A stretch of DNA of 30,736 nt, from the IMG/VR virus record IMGVR_UViG_3300025647_000175, positions 1 through 30,736 of that record. One strand, given 5' to 3'. This document shows, in pieces, positions 16,154 to 26,480 of the stretch. The notes under the pieces were generated by a model, which saw nothing but the letters and a program-made list of their open reading frames with translations, was not told the origin of the DNA and ran no database searches. Within the stretch, counting starts at the first letter, position 1, and each line of letters starts with the position of its first letter. Origin of the DNA: a virus (taxonomy: Duplodnaviria > Caudoviricetes). Made by a program: the position numbers and the translations under genes.

Positions 16154-16195
16154 GCTCCTCATGCGTTATACTCTTATCAAGATTGGAGGCGGCAC

Positions 16196-16801
16196 ATGGC
16201 GTCCAGTGAAGTCGATATTGCAAATGCGGCCTTGATTATGGTTGGTGAGTCCACAATCGCCTCCTTGACGGACGAAACCAAGTCTGCCAGGGTGTGCAAC
16301 CACCGCTACGCCTCCGTCCGCGACGCCATTCTCCGCCGCCACCCTTGGAACTGCGCTACGAAGCGGGTTGACCTTGGCGCAGTTTTGGCCGGAACGGACG
16401 TACCTGCTTTCGGCTACACCTACGCTTACCAACTCCCTGCTGATTTCCTCCGCGTGGTGCAACTTCAAGAGTTGGACGAGCCGTACAAGGTCGAGGGGCG
16501 CAAGTTCCTGACGAATGTGAACCCGGCGAAGATCATTTACATCTACAAAATCACCGACGTATCTGCTATGGATTCGCTTCTCACAGAGGCGATTTCGGCT
16601 CAACTCGCGTCGGAGATTGCCAAATCCATCGGCGGTAGTGAGACAATGGCAAGAGCAATGGCTGAAATGGCCAACGAGAAGATTCAGGAGGCGCAGTACG
16701 CCGACTCCCGCGAATCAGGTATCGACCAGATCACAAGCAGCACGTGGCTCGATGCACGACATGGCCAAGACTCGAACTATCGAGCAATCTCTGAGGTTTA
16801 A
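16196..16801 (+). CDS. tail tubular protein A / adaptor (T7 gp11-like)
   Basis: ATG 16196 after GGAGG; SEVDIANAALIMVG...HPWNCATKR...YAYQLPADFLRV. Confidence 0.85.
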   Translation: MASSEVDIANAALIMVGESTIASLTDETKSARVCNHRYASVRDAILRRHPWNCATKRVDLGAVLAGTDVPAFGYTYAYQLPADFLRVVQLQELDEPYKVEGRKFLTNVNPAKIIYIYKITDVSAMDSLLTEAISAQLASEIAKSIGGSETMARAMAEMANEKIQEAQYADSRESGIDQITSSTWLDARHGQDSNYRAISEV

Positions 16802-16803
16802 CC

Positions 16804-19062
16804 TTGACGCGATCAACGAAAGTACAAACGAACTTCACCGCTGGCGAACTATCGCCCCGGCTGTTCGGTCGTACTGACATTGCCAAGGTTCAAAGCGGGG
16901 CCAAGACGGTTGAAAATATCATCTGTCAGAAGCATGGCGGGGCAATGCGTCGTCCGGGTACGAAGTACGTCAGCGAAGTGAGGGATTCGTCCGACACCAC
17001 ACGGCTGATTGGCTTTGAGTATTCTGTCGATCAGACCTACGTTCTTGAGTTTGGCGATCAGACGATTCGCTTCTACCGCAGCAGCGGGCAACTCACAAAG
17101 TCTCACACGGTCACAGGAGCGACGTGGAGCGGTGGTACGGCAACGGTGACTGTATCTGCCGCGCACACGATGCTCGTCGGTACGACCGTCACAGTCGCCA
17201 GTATTGACCCGTCAGGCTACAACGGTACGAAGGTTATCACCGCCGTAACCTCAACGACGATCGAATACGCGGTAGCGTCCGACCCCGGCTCTTATTCGAG
17301 TGGCGGGACTGTGGTTGCCCCCTATGAAATCAGTAGTCCATGGACTTCCGCCGAACTCGCCGAAATCAAGTACACACAGAGCGCGGATATCCTCTACCTC
17401 TGCCACCCCGACTATTCCCCGCGTGAACTTCGCAGGAACGGTGACACGGATTGGGAGTTGGCGGAGTTTGACTTCACCGATGGCCCATACCTCGATGTGA
17501 ACCTCACAACCACCACCCTGACACCTGCCGCGACCTCTGGAACGGGCGTGAATATCACCGCGTCAGCCACGACGGGCATCAATGGGGGCGATGGGTTCAA
17601 GACAACCGATGTTGGCCGATGGATCAGGATTAAGCACACCTCGACGTGGGGTGCAGCGCAGATCACGTCCCGAACCTCATCGACGGTGGTGGTGGTTGAT
17701 ATTGCGGAGAACTTTGGCGGGACAACGGGGAAAACCGAGTGGCGACTTGGAACATGGTCTGACACCACAAGCTGGCCGTGGGTGTGCAGCTTCCACCAGG
17801 AACGCCTCTACTTCGGCGGCAGCGACAACCACCCGCAAACCCTGTGGGGTTCGGTGGTGGGTGATTTCGTCAACTTCCAGCCCTCGCAGACGGATGGTAC
17901 GGTGGCCGACGATGATGCTGTCACGTACACGATCAGCGCCAACCAGGTGAACGCCATCCGGTCCTTGAGCAGCAACGCACGCGGCATTTTGATCGGTACG
18001 CAGGGTGGCCCGTGGGTGGGTAAGTCCACCGCCGCTTTCGACCCGATCAGCCCGACCAACTTCGCGGTGTTTAAGCAGAGCAGCTACGGCGTCAGCGACA
18101 CGATCAGGTCGCATGAAGTCGGCCCCTCAATTCTCATGGTCCAACGCGGGGATCAGGTGGTGCGTGAACTGGCGTTCAGCTTCGACGCCGATCAGTTCAT
18201 CGCACCCGACATGACCATCCTTTCCGAGCATATCACTACCGGAGGCGTGGTTGACTCGGCTTATCAGCATGAGCCAAACAGCGTGTTGTGGCTTGCGCGT
18301 GCGGACGGCCAACTACTCGGCATGACCTACGAGCGAGAGCAAGAGGTTGTGGGGTGGCATCGCCACGTCATCGGTGGGACTTTGACGGGAGCATCGCAGC
18401 CGGCGGTAGAGTCGATCGTTTCGATCCGCGAAGGCAACGAAGATCAGTTGTGGATGATCGTGAAGCGGACGATTAACGGGGCGACGGTTCGATACGTCGA
18501 ATACCTCACGTCCGACTTCGACGGCGTGGCCTCCGACGTTGACGATGCGATTTTCGTTGATAGTTCCCTGACCTACGACAGTACCGCGACGGACACGATC
18601 ACCGGCCTTGACCACCTTGAAGGCGAGTCTGTGACAATCCTTGCCGATGGTGCGGTTCACCCTGCCCGAACCGTGAGCAGCGGAAGTATCACGTTAAAGG
18701 ACACCTACTCCACTGTGCAGGTCGGCTTGCCCTACACATCGACGCTTCAATCAATGCCGATTCACCCTGAGTCAACGGTGATGGATTCACGCGGTAAGAT
18801 TGGCCGAGTCTACAAGGCGTCAATCCGTTTCTTTGAAACCATTGGCGCCAAGATTGGTGACACGGCAGAAACACTCGATATCATTAAGTTCAGGAGTTCT
18901 GACGACCCGATGGACGCTGGAACGCCGTTGTTCTCTGGATATAAGACGGTTGCCCCAAACTCATCAATGAGCCGAGGGGTGATGTTGACCTTGACGCAAG
19001 ATCAGCCGTTACCAATGACCGTTCTTTCAATCGTATGGGAGTTTGACCTTGGCGGAGTTTGA
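16804..19062 (+). CDS. tail tubular protein B / nozzle (T7 gp12-like)
   Basis: QTNFTAGELSPRLFGRTD, GGAMRRPGT, FHQERLYFGG, EQEVVGWHRH, LDHLEGESV, QDQPLPMTVLS; TTG start. Confidence 0.88.
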   Translation: MTRSTKVQTNFTAGELSPRLFGRTDIAKVQSGAKTVENIICQKHGGAMRRPGTKYVSEVRDSSDTTRLIGFEYSVDQTYVLEFGDQTIRFYRSSGQLTKSHTVTGATWSGGTATVTVSAAHTMLVGTTVTVASIDPSGYNGTKVITAVTSTTIEYAVASDPGSYSSGGTVVAPYEISSPWTSAELAEIKYTQSADILYLCHPDYSPRELRRNGDTDWELAEFDFTDGPYLDVNLTTTTLTPAATSGTGVNITASATTGINGGDGFKTTDVGRWIRIKHTSTWGAAQITSRTSSTVVVVDIAENFGGTTGKTEWRLGTWSDTTSWPWVCSFHQERLYFGGSDNHPQTLWGSVVGDFVNFQPSQTDGTVADDDAVTYTISANQVNAIRSLSSNARGILIGTQGGPWVGKSTAAFDPISPTNFAVFKQSSYGVSDTIRSHEVGPSILMVQRGDQVVRELAFSFDADQFIAPDMTILSEHITTGGVVDSAYQHEPNSVLWLARADGQLLGMTYEREQEVVGWHRHVIGGTLTGASQPAVESIVSIREGNEDQLWMIVKRTINGATVRYVEYLTSDFDGVASDVDDAIFVDSSLTYDSTATDTITGLDHLEGESVTILADGAVHPARTVSSGSITLKDTYSTVQVGLPYTSTLQSMPIHPESTVMDSRGKIGRVYKASIRFFETIGAKIGDTAETLDIIKFRSSDDPMDAGTPLFSGYKTVAPNSSMSRGVMLTLTQDQPLPMTVLSIVWEFDLGGV

Positions 19063-19471
19063 CCTTCGACAATTCGAGCCAAGCGACGCAGGTGAGATTC
19101 AGTTGCAATCCTACATGGAGGTTCCGAGCGACCCGAAAGTGTGGGAGGCGGCGGCAAGCGGCGGCGATTGCTTCACCGGCAGGCACGACGGCAGGATTAT
19201 CGTTTGCTCTGGCATCGTTCGCCATTGGCAGACACGCGCCGAGGCGTGGCTACTCATGGGATGCCCCGTCAGCCGAACGGAAATGCTTTGGATTCACCGC
19301 CGGGTGTCTGATTTCCTTGAGAACGCGGGCATCGTCAGGATTGAAACGACGGTCAAACAAAACTTTGACGCCGGCCATCGGTGGGCGAAGATGTTGGGAT
19401 TTAAGGCTGAGGGGCGAATGAGTCGCTTCGGCCCTGACGGTACAGATTACCAGATGTATGCGAGGGTTTGA
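19043..19471 (+). CDS. GNAT-fold protein (T7 gp13 position)
   Basis: RIETTVKQNFDAGHRWAKMLGFKAEGRMSRFGPDG motif; synteny. Exact start uncertain. Confidence 0.75.
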   Translation: MTLAEFDLRQFEPSDAGEIQLQSYMEVPSDPKVWEAAASGGDCFTGRHDGRIIVCSGIVRHWQTRAEAWLLMGCPVSRTEMLWIHRRVSDFLENAGIVRIETTVKQNFDAGHRWAKMLGFKAEGRMSRFGPDGTDYQMYARV

Positions 19472-19472
19472 T

Positions 19473-19961
19473 ATGGCTCCAGTGACAATATTTGCGATTG
19501 CGGCAGCGGCAGGAACCGGCATTAGCGCCATCGCTTCCTACTCCGCTTATCAGCAGCAAGCCAAGGTAGCCGAGTCGAACGCGGACGCTGCAAGTGCGGC
19601 GGCGCGGGCTGAGGAGCAACGCCTACGTCGTGACCGCGCCCGACGCATGGGGTCGATTCGTGCGGCCTACGGCGCAGCAGGTGTGCAGGCAACAGGGACG
19701 CCGCTGGAAGTGCTTGGCGATCAGGCGATGGAGGCGGAACTGGACGCTCTGGCCGTTCGATACGGTGGTGCGGTCAGGTCACGTAACTTCGAGAATCAGG
19801 CCGACTCCAATAGATCGTCAGCCATCGGCTCACTTATCGGCGGCGCTGCGGGTGTTGGCACTTCACTCCTTGGCAGCGCGCAGGCAGGGGCATTTAAGAA
19901 ATCGCCGGGTACGTCATCAGACTTTTATGTTCCAGAGGCCCAACACGGAAGCCTTTACTAA
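19473..19961 (+). CDS. internal virion protein (gp14-like)
   Basis: Ala/Gly-rich, RAAYGAAGV...GTPLEVL motif; position after GNAT. Confidence 0.75.
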   Translation: MAPVTIFAIAAAAGTGISAIASYSAYQQQAKVAESNADAASAAARAEEQRLRRDRARRMGSIRAAYGAAGVQATGTPLEVLGDQAMEAELDALAVRYGGAVRSRNFENQADSNRSSAIGSLIGGAAGVGTSLLGSAQAGAFKKSPGTSSDFYVPEAQHGSLY

Positions 19962-22270
19962 TGGCCAGAATCCCCGCATTTGCATCGTCAACCTCTCACG
20001 CGCCTGGTCGTGTTCCTATCGTTGCTGACATTCAGACCAATGTGAACACGGGGCAGGCTGGCGTCGCTCTTGGCCAGGGTATCGCACAGCTTGGGAATGC
20101 GGGAGAGCGGTTTGCGCTCAGTATCAAAAAGACGCAGCAGGCAAACGCCGCTGCCAAACTGCAACTTCAATTCCTCGAAGCGGACGACGCTGCGTGGGCG
20201 GCATCGCAAGAGGCAGACCCATCGCAGGCATCTTCGGTTTACAGCCAGCAAATCGGCTCATTTATCGAGGGTTTGGACAATCTTGAAGATCGAGAGTTGC
20301 GGGACGCAATGATCAACCGCTTCGCTGACCAAGCAAAGCGGCGTGAGATTGGCATTCGCCGCGAATCGGCAGGCAGAGTTGTCAAGGAAAGCATCGACAC
20401 GGTAAAGGAAAGTGGATTGCAGTTGGCCGACCGTCTTGGCAAAGACGACACGATGCGATACGACGACGCCGCCAAAATGGTCGATGAACACCTGTCGCTG
20501 ATTGAGGGGCAGGTTGGCAAGGATGTGGTGGATGATCTGCGAAAAAGCATTAAGCCCAAGCTGCTACGCGCCAAGATTGATTTTCTATTCGACACAGGCC
20601 AATATGAATCGGCGGAAGCCCTTGCATCGAGCGACGAGGGCATGAAGTATTTGAGCGGGCATGATATCCGCAGCGTGAAGGACGCGGCTAAGAAGGGTCT
20701 TGATTCCGTCTCTGAACACGCGGTCGGTGCTGCCACCAACGACCTTCGACAGCGATTGAGCCATGTGTTCTCTGCCAAGAAGTTCGCCGCCGAGGACTTC
20801 AATGAGTCGATGCAAATGTTCGACGCAGAAATGCGCATCCTCTCTGATGCCGGAACACGAAACGAAGTGCTGATCGAAGTGCTTACTCCCGAACTTGAGG
20901 ACGCTGCGGCAGACGGCGACGGTCCCCGATTCGAGGCAATCGTCGATGCAATGCCTACCACGGCTGACGCTCGCAACGAAGTCAACAAACATCGCAAGAC
21001 ATACGAAGCGGTAGTGAAGCGGTCGCAGGAGTCGGACGACCTGGCGATGGAACTTGACACCCGTATGCAAAAGGGCGAGTCGATCGACGGTATTCCAATT
21101 ACGAGCGATGTTCTTGATAAGTTTTTCAGGATGCGTGTGGCAAGGGGTGAGAGCGTTGAGTCCGTAGCCGCAGATACCGCCGAGGCGGGGCTTCGCCAAT
21201 CGCCAGCACTCATGCGAGAATTAAACGACCGGACGCGGGGCGGCGCGGACCTCCCAGGCTTCGCGTCTGTTATGCACGCGATTGATGAAAAAAACCACAA
21301 TCAGGCGCGTCAACTGTTGCGCGAAAATGAAAACCGAAAACTCGCAGAGGATGCTTTCTATCTCACGCGAAACATGAAAGACCCGAAAGCGATTAGTGCG
21401 GTTCTCGATAAGCTGGTCACCCCGCAAGCCGCGTCAATTTCTGAGAAATCGGCGGCACTCTTATCGACCGGCGTTGAGAAATTGAACGGCGGCAACGCGA
21501 TCAACGTCTTGTCCGCAGTAAAGAACGCCTACGGCAGAGACATTACGATGCTCTTGTACGAGCAAAAGAAAGAGTTTGGTGCGAGGTTTACGCTGGCGTT
21601 GATAGATCAAACTGGCCAAAGCGCAGAGATTACAGAGGAAGCTATTTCAAAGGCGACCAGTGACGCCACCGCGTTCCTCGGTAACTTCCTGATCCTACAA
21701 AATGCCACGGGGCAAAACGTGCCTGCAAGGGCTGAGTTGTTCGGCGTCGGCACTTCCGCTGCACCAGACGAAGTTGGTGTGGCGAGGCTTGAGGCTTCGA
21801 TTGCGGAGATTAGCGACGCGCCAAATTGGCTAACTCAATATGTCAGGGATGGATTAGACGACCGCCCCTGGCTTTCGTACCGGGAGGGTATCAGGACTCA
21901 AGTGCCATTCTTCGACGGCGACGGAAACCTTGCCGCTGCGATGGAGTGGAATGTGGCGACTGCATCTCCAAACAACGTCCTACGTCGTGGCGATGACGGG
22001 TTTGAAGAAATCGAGCGAAAATTTCAAAAGCATATCTCCAAAACGGACGGTATGCCGAACGCTCAGCTTTACTGGCAACCGGAGTACGGTGACAAAACAC
22101 CGCAGAATGTTGACGCTTCTATTGTTAGCGGGATGATGGAACTTGCGAAAGAGAAGTTCTCGTCTTTGGGCGGACATGGCCGACAGCCAAACCTTGACAA
22201 TGAAGAAGATGTGGCAGAGCTTGAAGAATACCTTAGACCGATACTCGCTGAATACGGTTGGATACGATGA
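19961..22270 (+). CDS. internal virion / ejection protein (gp15-like)
   Basis: 769 aa helical, MARIP start, TAATG coupling; assigned by synteny only. Confidence 0.6.
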   Translation: MARIPAFASSTSHAPGRVPIVADIQTNVNTGQAGVALGQGIAQLGNAGERFALSIKKTQQANAAAKLQLQFLEADDAAWAASQEADPSQASSVYSQQIGSFIEGLDNLEDRELRDAMINRFADQAKRREIGIRRESAGRVVKESIDTVKESGLQLADRLGKDDTMRYDDAAKMVDEHLSLIEGQVGKDVVDDLRKSIKPKLLRAKIDFLFDTGQYESAEALASSDEGMKYLSGHDIRSVKDAAKKGLDSVSEHAVGAATNDLRQRLSHVFSAKKFAAEDFNESMQMFDAEMRILSDAGTRNEVLIEVLTPELEDAAADGDGPRFEAIVDAMPTTADARNEVNKHRKTYEAVVKRSQESDDLAMELDTRMQKGESIDGIPITSDVLDKFFRMRVARGESVESVAADTAEAGLRQSPALMRELNDRTRGGADLPGFASVMHAIDEKNHNQARQLLRENENRKLAEDAFYLTRNMKDPKAISAVLDKLVTPQAASISEKSAALLSTGVEKLNGGNAINVLSAVKNAYGRDITMLLYEQKKEFGARFTLALIDQTGQSAEITEEAISKATSDATAFLGNFLILQNATGQNVPARAELFGVGTSAAPDEVGVARLEASIAEISDAPNWLTQYVRDGLDDRPWLSYREGIRTQVPFFDGDGNLAAAMEWNVATASPNNVLRRGDDGFEEIERKFQKHISKTDGMPNAQLYWQPEYGDKTPQNVDASIVSGMMELAKEKFSSLGGHGRQPNLDNEEDVAELEEYLRPILAEYGWIR

Positions 22271-25200
22271 CCCAAGCCACAACCAGCCAAACCGAACTTG
22301 ATATTTTTGCAAAAGCTCTTGGCCAAAAGCCGGCGTCTGCGCAGGAAGCCGAGCCAAAGCCCACCGATCCCCCGCTTCCCATCGAGCAGGACATGATACG
22401 TCGGTATCGAAAGCAGGAGTCGGTTGGCGCTATGGGCGGCATCTCGCGTGGCGTTGCTCGCGGCACGATTGGTTTTATTGAGGGCATGGCCCGACAGCCA
22501 GCAGCCGCAGCATCAGCAGTAAGTCGTGGTGGGAGTGAGGCCGATCTTGCGATAGCCCGGATGATTCGGGACGACCCACGGGAAACCCCGATCAACAGGA
22601 TCAGTTCTGCCTTGCGGCTTTTTGTTGAGCCGGTCCTTAGCTATATACGCGACACTTCCAACAAGCGGGCTGATCTGTACAGCAGCATCCGTGAGTCTCG
22701 CCACCTTGCGCCCGACCCCGCTTCGGTGATTGAAGGCCAAGGGTGGGATTCCGTAAAAGAGGCGATGGAAAGCCCTGAATGGTGGCAGAACCAAGCGCCC
22801 GAACTTATTACAAGCACCGCCATGTCGATACTGATTGGTGGTGGCATGTCAAAAGCTGCCGCCGTACCCGGTATGTCGCAGCAGGCGGCAAGGCAATTTG
22901 GCTTCGCCGTTGCTGCCGCAATGACCACCGCCTCTGAAATGGGTGGCACGTACAAGTCTATGCGCGACGATCTTATCGAAAAGGGCGTTCCGAAAGAGGA
23001 AGCCGAGATTGTTGCGGGTCGTGGCGCTGTTGCGTATGGCATTATCGCAGGTGTGCTGGAACGCGGCATCTTGCCCCATCAGTTCACTGAGGTTCCAGGT
23101 AAGGGTTTTTGGGCTTTCACCAACCGCGTGCTTCGCGGTGGCGCGGGCGAAATGTTCGAAGAAGATTCGCAGATGTTTTTGGAGGGCGTGACGCGCCTTG
23201 TCGCCGGGCTCGATCACGGCATAACCCCGCGTGGTGCTTTTGAGTCAACACTTGCAGGTGGTCTTGGCGGTGGCGTTGGCGCTTCCGTCACCACGTTTTC
23301 GGGTGGTGACGCTGACGCCTCCAAAGACATCGAACAAAATATCTCTGATGCGCTGAATGAGTCTGCGCCAGATACCGCCGCCGACACCACGACCGAGGTT
23401 GATGTAACCGAAGCTATCGAAGGCATGTCCATCGAGGAAAAGCGAGAATCCTCTGCCAAAATTGAGGAATTGCTTGAGCAGGATGAAGCGGACAGGGCGG
23501 AAGGTTCGGATGTACCCCTCGAAGATCGCCTGACCGATGACGACAGGTCTAATTGGCAGTTCATCCTTGAGCGGATTGAGGTTGGTATTGCCGCTGATGA
23601 AGCCGCTGCCGCTGCTGATGAGTCGGTAAAACCAAAGCTGAACATCTCTGAAAAGAAGCGGGCCGACAAGGGGCAAGCCGCCGCAGACGAGCAGCGTTCA
23701 CCACGCCTCAGCGAAAAGCCCACAGACACGCTCCGTAGGCTCGGCATAGTTCCATCCAAGGAAAGAGCCACGATTACAGACAGGCAGGCTCTACGGGCCT
23801 CTCTGTCCCGGCAACAGACAACGGCGCGTCAGGTGGAGCTCGCCACACGCAAAACAGAGCGTGCGAAAGCAAAAGCGGCTATTAACGAGGTCAAGCGGTT
23901 TGCGAAAGATCGTGAGGCTCGGCTGAACGGACTTCGCGCTGAACTTGTGGATATCACCGAGCGCCTACTCCCCAAAGAGATTCAAGGTGAGATGCTCAAG
24001 GATGTGAGGGATATCAAGACTCGGCCCGGATTAGAGAGGGCGATTGAGAAGATTCAGGGGAAACTTGAAACGCTGGCCCGCAAGGACGCGGTAAGCCAGA
24101 TGAAAACTGCGGCAAAGTCGGCCAAGCCCAAAACCATGCTCACGCCAGAGCGAAAGAAGGCGGTCGAGGAACTTCTGGAAAAGGTTGAAGCCTATGACAC
24201 CAAGGACGGCAGTACGGATGGCATGACGGAACTTGCCAACGGCCTTGCCGAGTTGGTTGCGGCGAACGACCGAGAGCAAAGGGCGATCATTCTTGGGAAA
24301 AAGGTAGAACTTCAAAAACTCAAAAAAGCCCTCATTGCCGAAATCAGCAAACTCAAAAAGCGGAAGGTTGACCCGTCCGACGATAGGCTTGAGTCTTTAA
24401 GGGGTACGAAGATACTCGACGCTGTTGCGAGCGTGGAATCGCACGCCACGATGGATACGCTCGGCATCATGGTTGGCGAAACCTTCCGCAAAGTTATCTA
24501 CGAAAACGTCGTCGCCGGACAGGACGCACAAGAGGCGGACCTTGCCAAGTTCCAAGACTTCATCATCAGCGCTTTGAAGTCTGCGGGCATGGCTCCGGGT
24601 ACGCCTGCGTGGGCGAGGATTAACAAAACTACTGGCAATCTTTACAAGCGGTGGACGCGGCTCAGGTTTCCCGGATCAAGTGTGCAGACGCAGAAGTTTG
24701 GCGATCAGAAGGTAAAGCTGGACCTTGACCAGAGGATGCACCTATTTGCAACGCTCCTTGATAAAAGCACGATGGCCGCTGTTGTGGACACCGAGAATGA
24801 AGCGGGCGAGGTGAAGCGAGGTACGGGCATCGTAATCGAGGGCCAAGATAAGACCCGCACGATTCACCTGAGCGATCAAGATATCGCCACCATTATGTCT
24901 GACACATCCTTCCTGACCGAAGCAGAGCGTGGGTATGTCAGGAAGGTTGTCGAGTATATGAACGGGCCGCTAAAGAAGCTCATCGCTGATTGGTCGCTTG
25001 CAAATCTCGGACGAGATATTACAAAAGACGACACCTATTTCCCGCGTGCATCCCTCAAAGATGGTGATCCGATCCCGTTCGGGTCGTCAAAACTCATGGA
25101 TGTAAGGATGCTGGAACAGGCCAGCGTTATCCAGAGGCGTAGTGGACCGGCTGGCCCTGTCATTATCGGCTCGTTCGTAATGTCAACGGAGAATCATGCT

Positions 25201-26466
25201 CGAAAGACTACTGCCGTCGCGCATATGTCTGAGGCGATTGATACCGCTACGCGACTTCTCGAATCCATATCGCCCGAACTGAACAACGTGAAGCGTGGGC
25301 AGCGTCTTGTGAGGCGAGTCCTTATGACGTTCGACACGCTCGCTGAACATAACATCGGAGCGAAAAAGAATCTGTCGTTTTGGGAGCCGGCGGTGCGGTT
25401 TGTCGCCAATAACATAACCAGTTCACTCCTGATCGTTAATCCGAGAATCGCCGCATACCAGTATTCGTCAATCGCTGCGGCTGAGTCTGAAATCAGTTCG
25501 ATTTATTTGTCGAGGGCAATCGCCACAGGCGCGATAGCCGACAAGAGGATTGATGATCGCATCAACCGTTATTCCCCTCCACTTCGCGCTCGTGCTGCGG
25601 CCAGCGGTCAGTATCTGGTGCATGAAGGTGCGGACAGCGACGTGGGTTTGCATGGCGTGCATCCCAAACGCCAAATTGGATTCGCATGGATTCACGCAGT
25701 TGACGCGGCGGCAATCCGAACCATCTGGAAAGCGGCAGAGTTTCAGGCGACAAAAGAAACGGGGAAGATCAACGGTGATGAATACTTTGCCCGCGTTGCG
25801 GAAATTGCCAACCGTGTTGTTCGCCGAACACAACCGACGTTTGACCCATTGCATGTCAGCGGGTTGGCTCTTGAGTCACGGGCGCATGGATCAGCCAAGA
25901 TCGTAAACGCCTTCCGTTCGCAGCGGTCGAAGCACATTGACATTGCGATACGTTCGACGATTCAGATGTCCAGGGGGCAAATGTCAAGGCGTAGGTGGGT
26001 TGCGACGATGACCAACGTTTTCGTCCTATCGTCTATCACCGTCGCCAGCATTGCCAGCCTTTTCGACTGGGATAATGAAGATGAGAAGGAAGATCGGCTA
26101 AAGGCGTTGGCGCAGCGGGTTGCGGAAACAGCGGCAAGCAATGTGCTGTTCGGCGATATGGCGGCAACGATATTAAGCGCTCTCGTCTTTCGCGGTAGCC
26201 AGAGCCACGCACCAGCAGTATCGCCGCACATCTCCTTTATCGAGGGAGCACAGGAACGCGCACGGGGCTTGATTGACAGTATGCAGCGCGAAGAAGATAT
26301 CGAAGATATGCTACCCAAGATTGTAATCTTGTCAGCCGACCTTGCTGCCATCTGGGTTGGCAATGTTCCGCTTTACCCGATCCGTGAAGGCATGAAGGTT
26401 TACAAACACGTAAGAGAAAAAGACACCAACGCCGCGAAGCGCAGGCAAAACGCGACCCTTGATTGA
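22267..26466 (+). CDS. large internal virion / ejection protein (gp16-like)
   Basis: About 1400 aa from ATG 22267 (ATGA overlap); Gly/Ala hydrophobic stretches, coiled-coil centre, VVRRTQP near the C-terminus; synteny. Confidence 0.65.
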   Translation: MTQATTSQTELDIFAKALGQKPASAQEAEPKPTDPPLPIEQDMIRRYRKQESVGAMGGISRGVARGTIGFIEGMARQPAAAASAVSRGGSEADLAIARMIRDDPRETPINRISSALRLFVEPVLSYIRDTSNKRADLYSSIRESRHLAPDPASVIEGQGWDSVKEAMESPEWWQNQAPELITSTAMSILIGGGMSKAAAVPGMSQQAARQFGFAVAAAMTTASEMGGTYKSMRDDLIEKGVPKEEAEIVAGRGAVAYGIIAGVLERGILPHQFTEVPGKGFWAFTNRVLRGGAGEMFEEDSQMFLEGVTRLVAGLDHGITPRGAFESTLAGGLGGGVGASVTTFSGGDADASKDIEQNISDALNESAPDTAADTTTEVDVTEAIEGMSIEEKRESSAKIEELLEQDEADRAEGSDVPLEDRLTDDDRSNWQFILERIEVGIAADEAAAAADESVKPKLNISEKKRADKGQAAADEQRSPRLSEKPTDTLRRLGIVPSKERATITDRQALRASLSRQQTTARQVELATRKTERAKAKAAINEVKRFAKDREARLNGLRAELVDITERLLPKEIQGEMLKDVRDIKTRPGLERAIEKIQGKLETLARKDAVSQMKTAAKSAKPKTMLTPERKKAVEELLEKVEAYDTKDGSTDGMTELANGLAELVAANDREQRAIILGKKVELQKLKKALIAEISKLKKRKVDPSDDRLESLRGTKILDAVASVESHATMDTLGIMVGETFRKVIYENVVAGQDAQEADLAKFQDFIISALKSAGMAPGTPAWARINKTTGNLYKRWTRLRFPGSSVQTQKFGDQKVKLDLDQRMHLFATLLDKSTMAAVVDTENEAGEVKRGTGIVIEGQDKTRTIHLSDQDIATIMSDTSFLTEAERGYVRKVVEYMNGPLKKLIADWSLANLGRDITKDDTYFPRASLKDGDPIPFGSSKLMDVRMLEQASVIQRRSGPAGPVIIGSFVMSTENHARKTTAVAHMSEAIDTATRLLESISPELNNVKRGQRLVRRVLMTFDTLAEHNIGAKKNLSFWEPAVRFVANNITSSLLIVNPRIAAYQYSSIAAAESEISSIYLSRAIATGAIADKRIDDRINRYSPPLRARAAASGQYLVHEGADSDVGLHGVHPKRQIGFAWIHAVDAAAIRTIWKAAEFQATKETGKINGDEYFARVAEIANRVVRRTQPTFDPLHVSGLALESRAHGSAKIVNAFRSQRSKHIDIAIRSTIQMSRGQMSRRRWVATMTNVFVLSSITVASIASLFDWDNEDEKEDRLKALAQRVAETAASNVLFGDMAATILSALVFRGSQSHAPAVSPHISFIEGAQERARGLIDSMQREEDIEDMLPKIVILSADLAAIWVGNVPLYPIREGMKVYKHVREKDTNAAKRRQNATLD

Positions 26467-26480
26467 TTTGGAGATTTAAC

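Noticed and set aside
20239-21300. 353-aa antisense ORF and similar Ser-rich antisense ORFs across the structural genes
   Set aside because: Fully overlap convincing plus-strand genes; composition typical of shadow frames.
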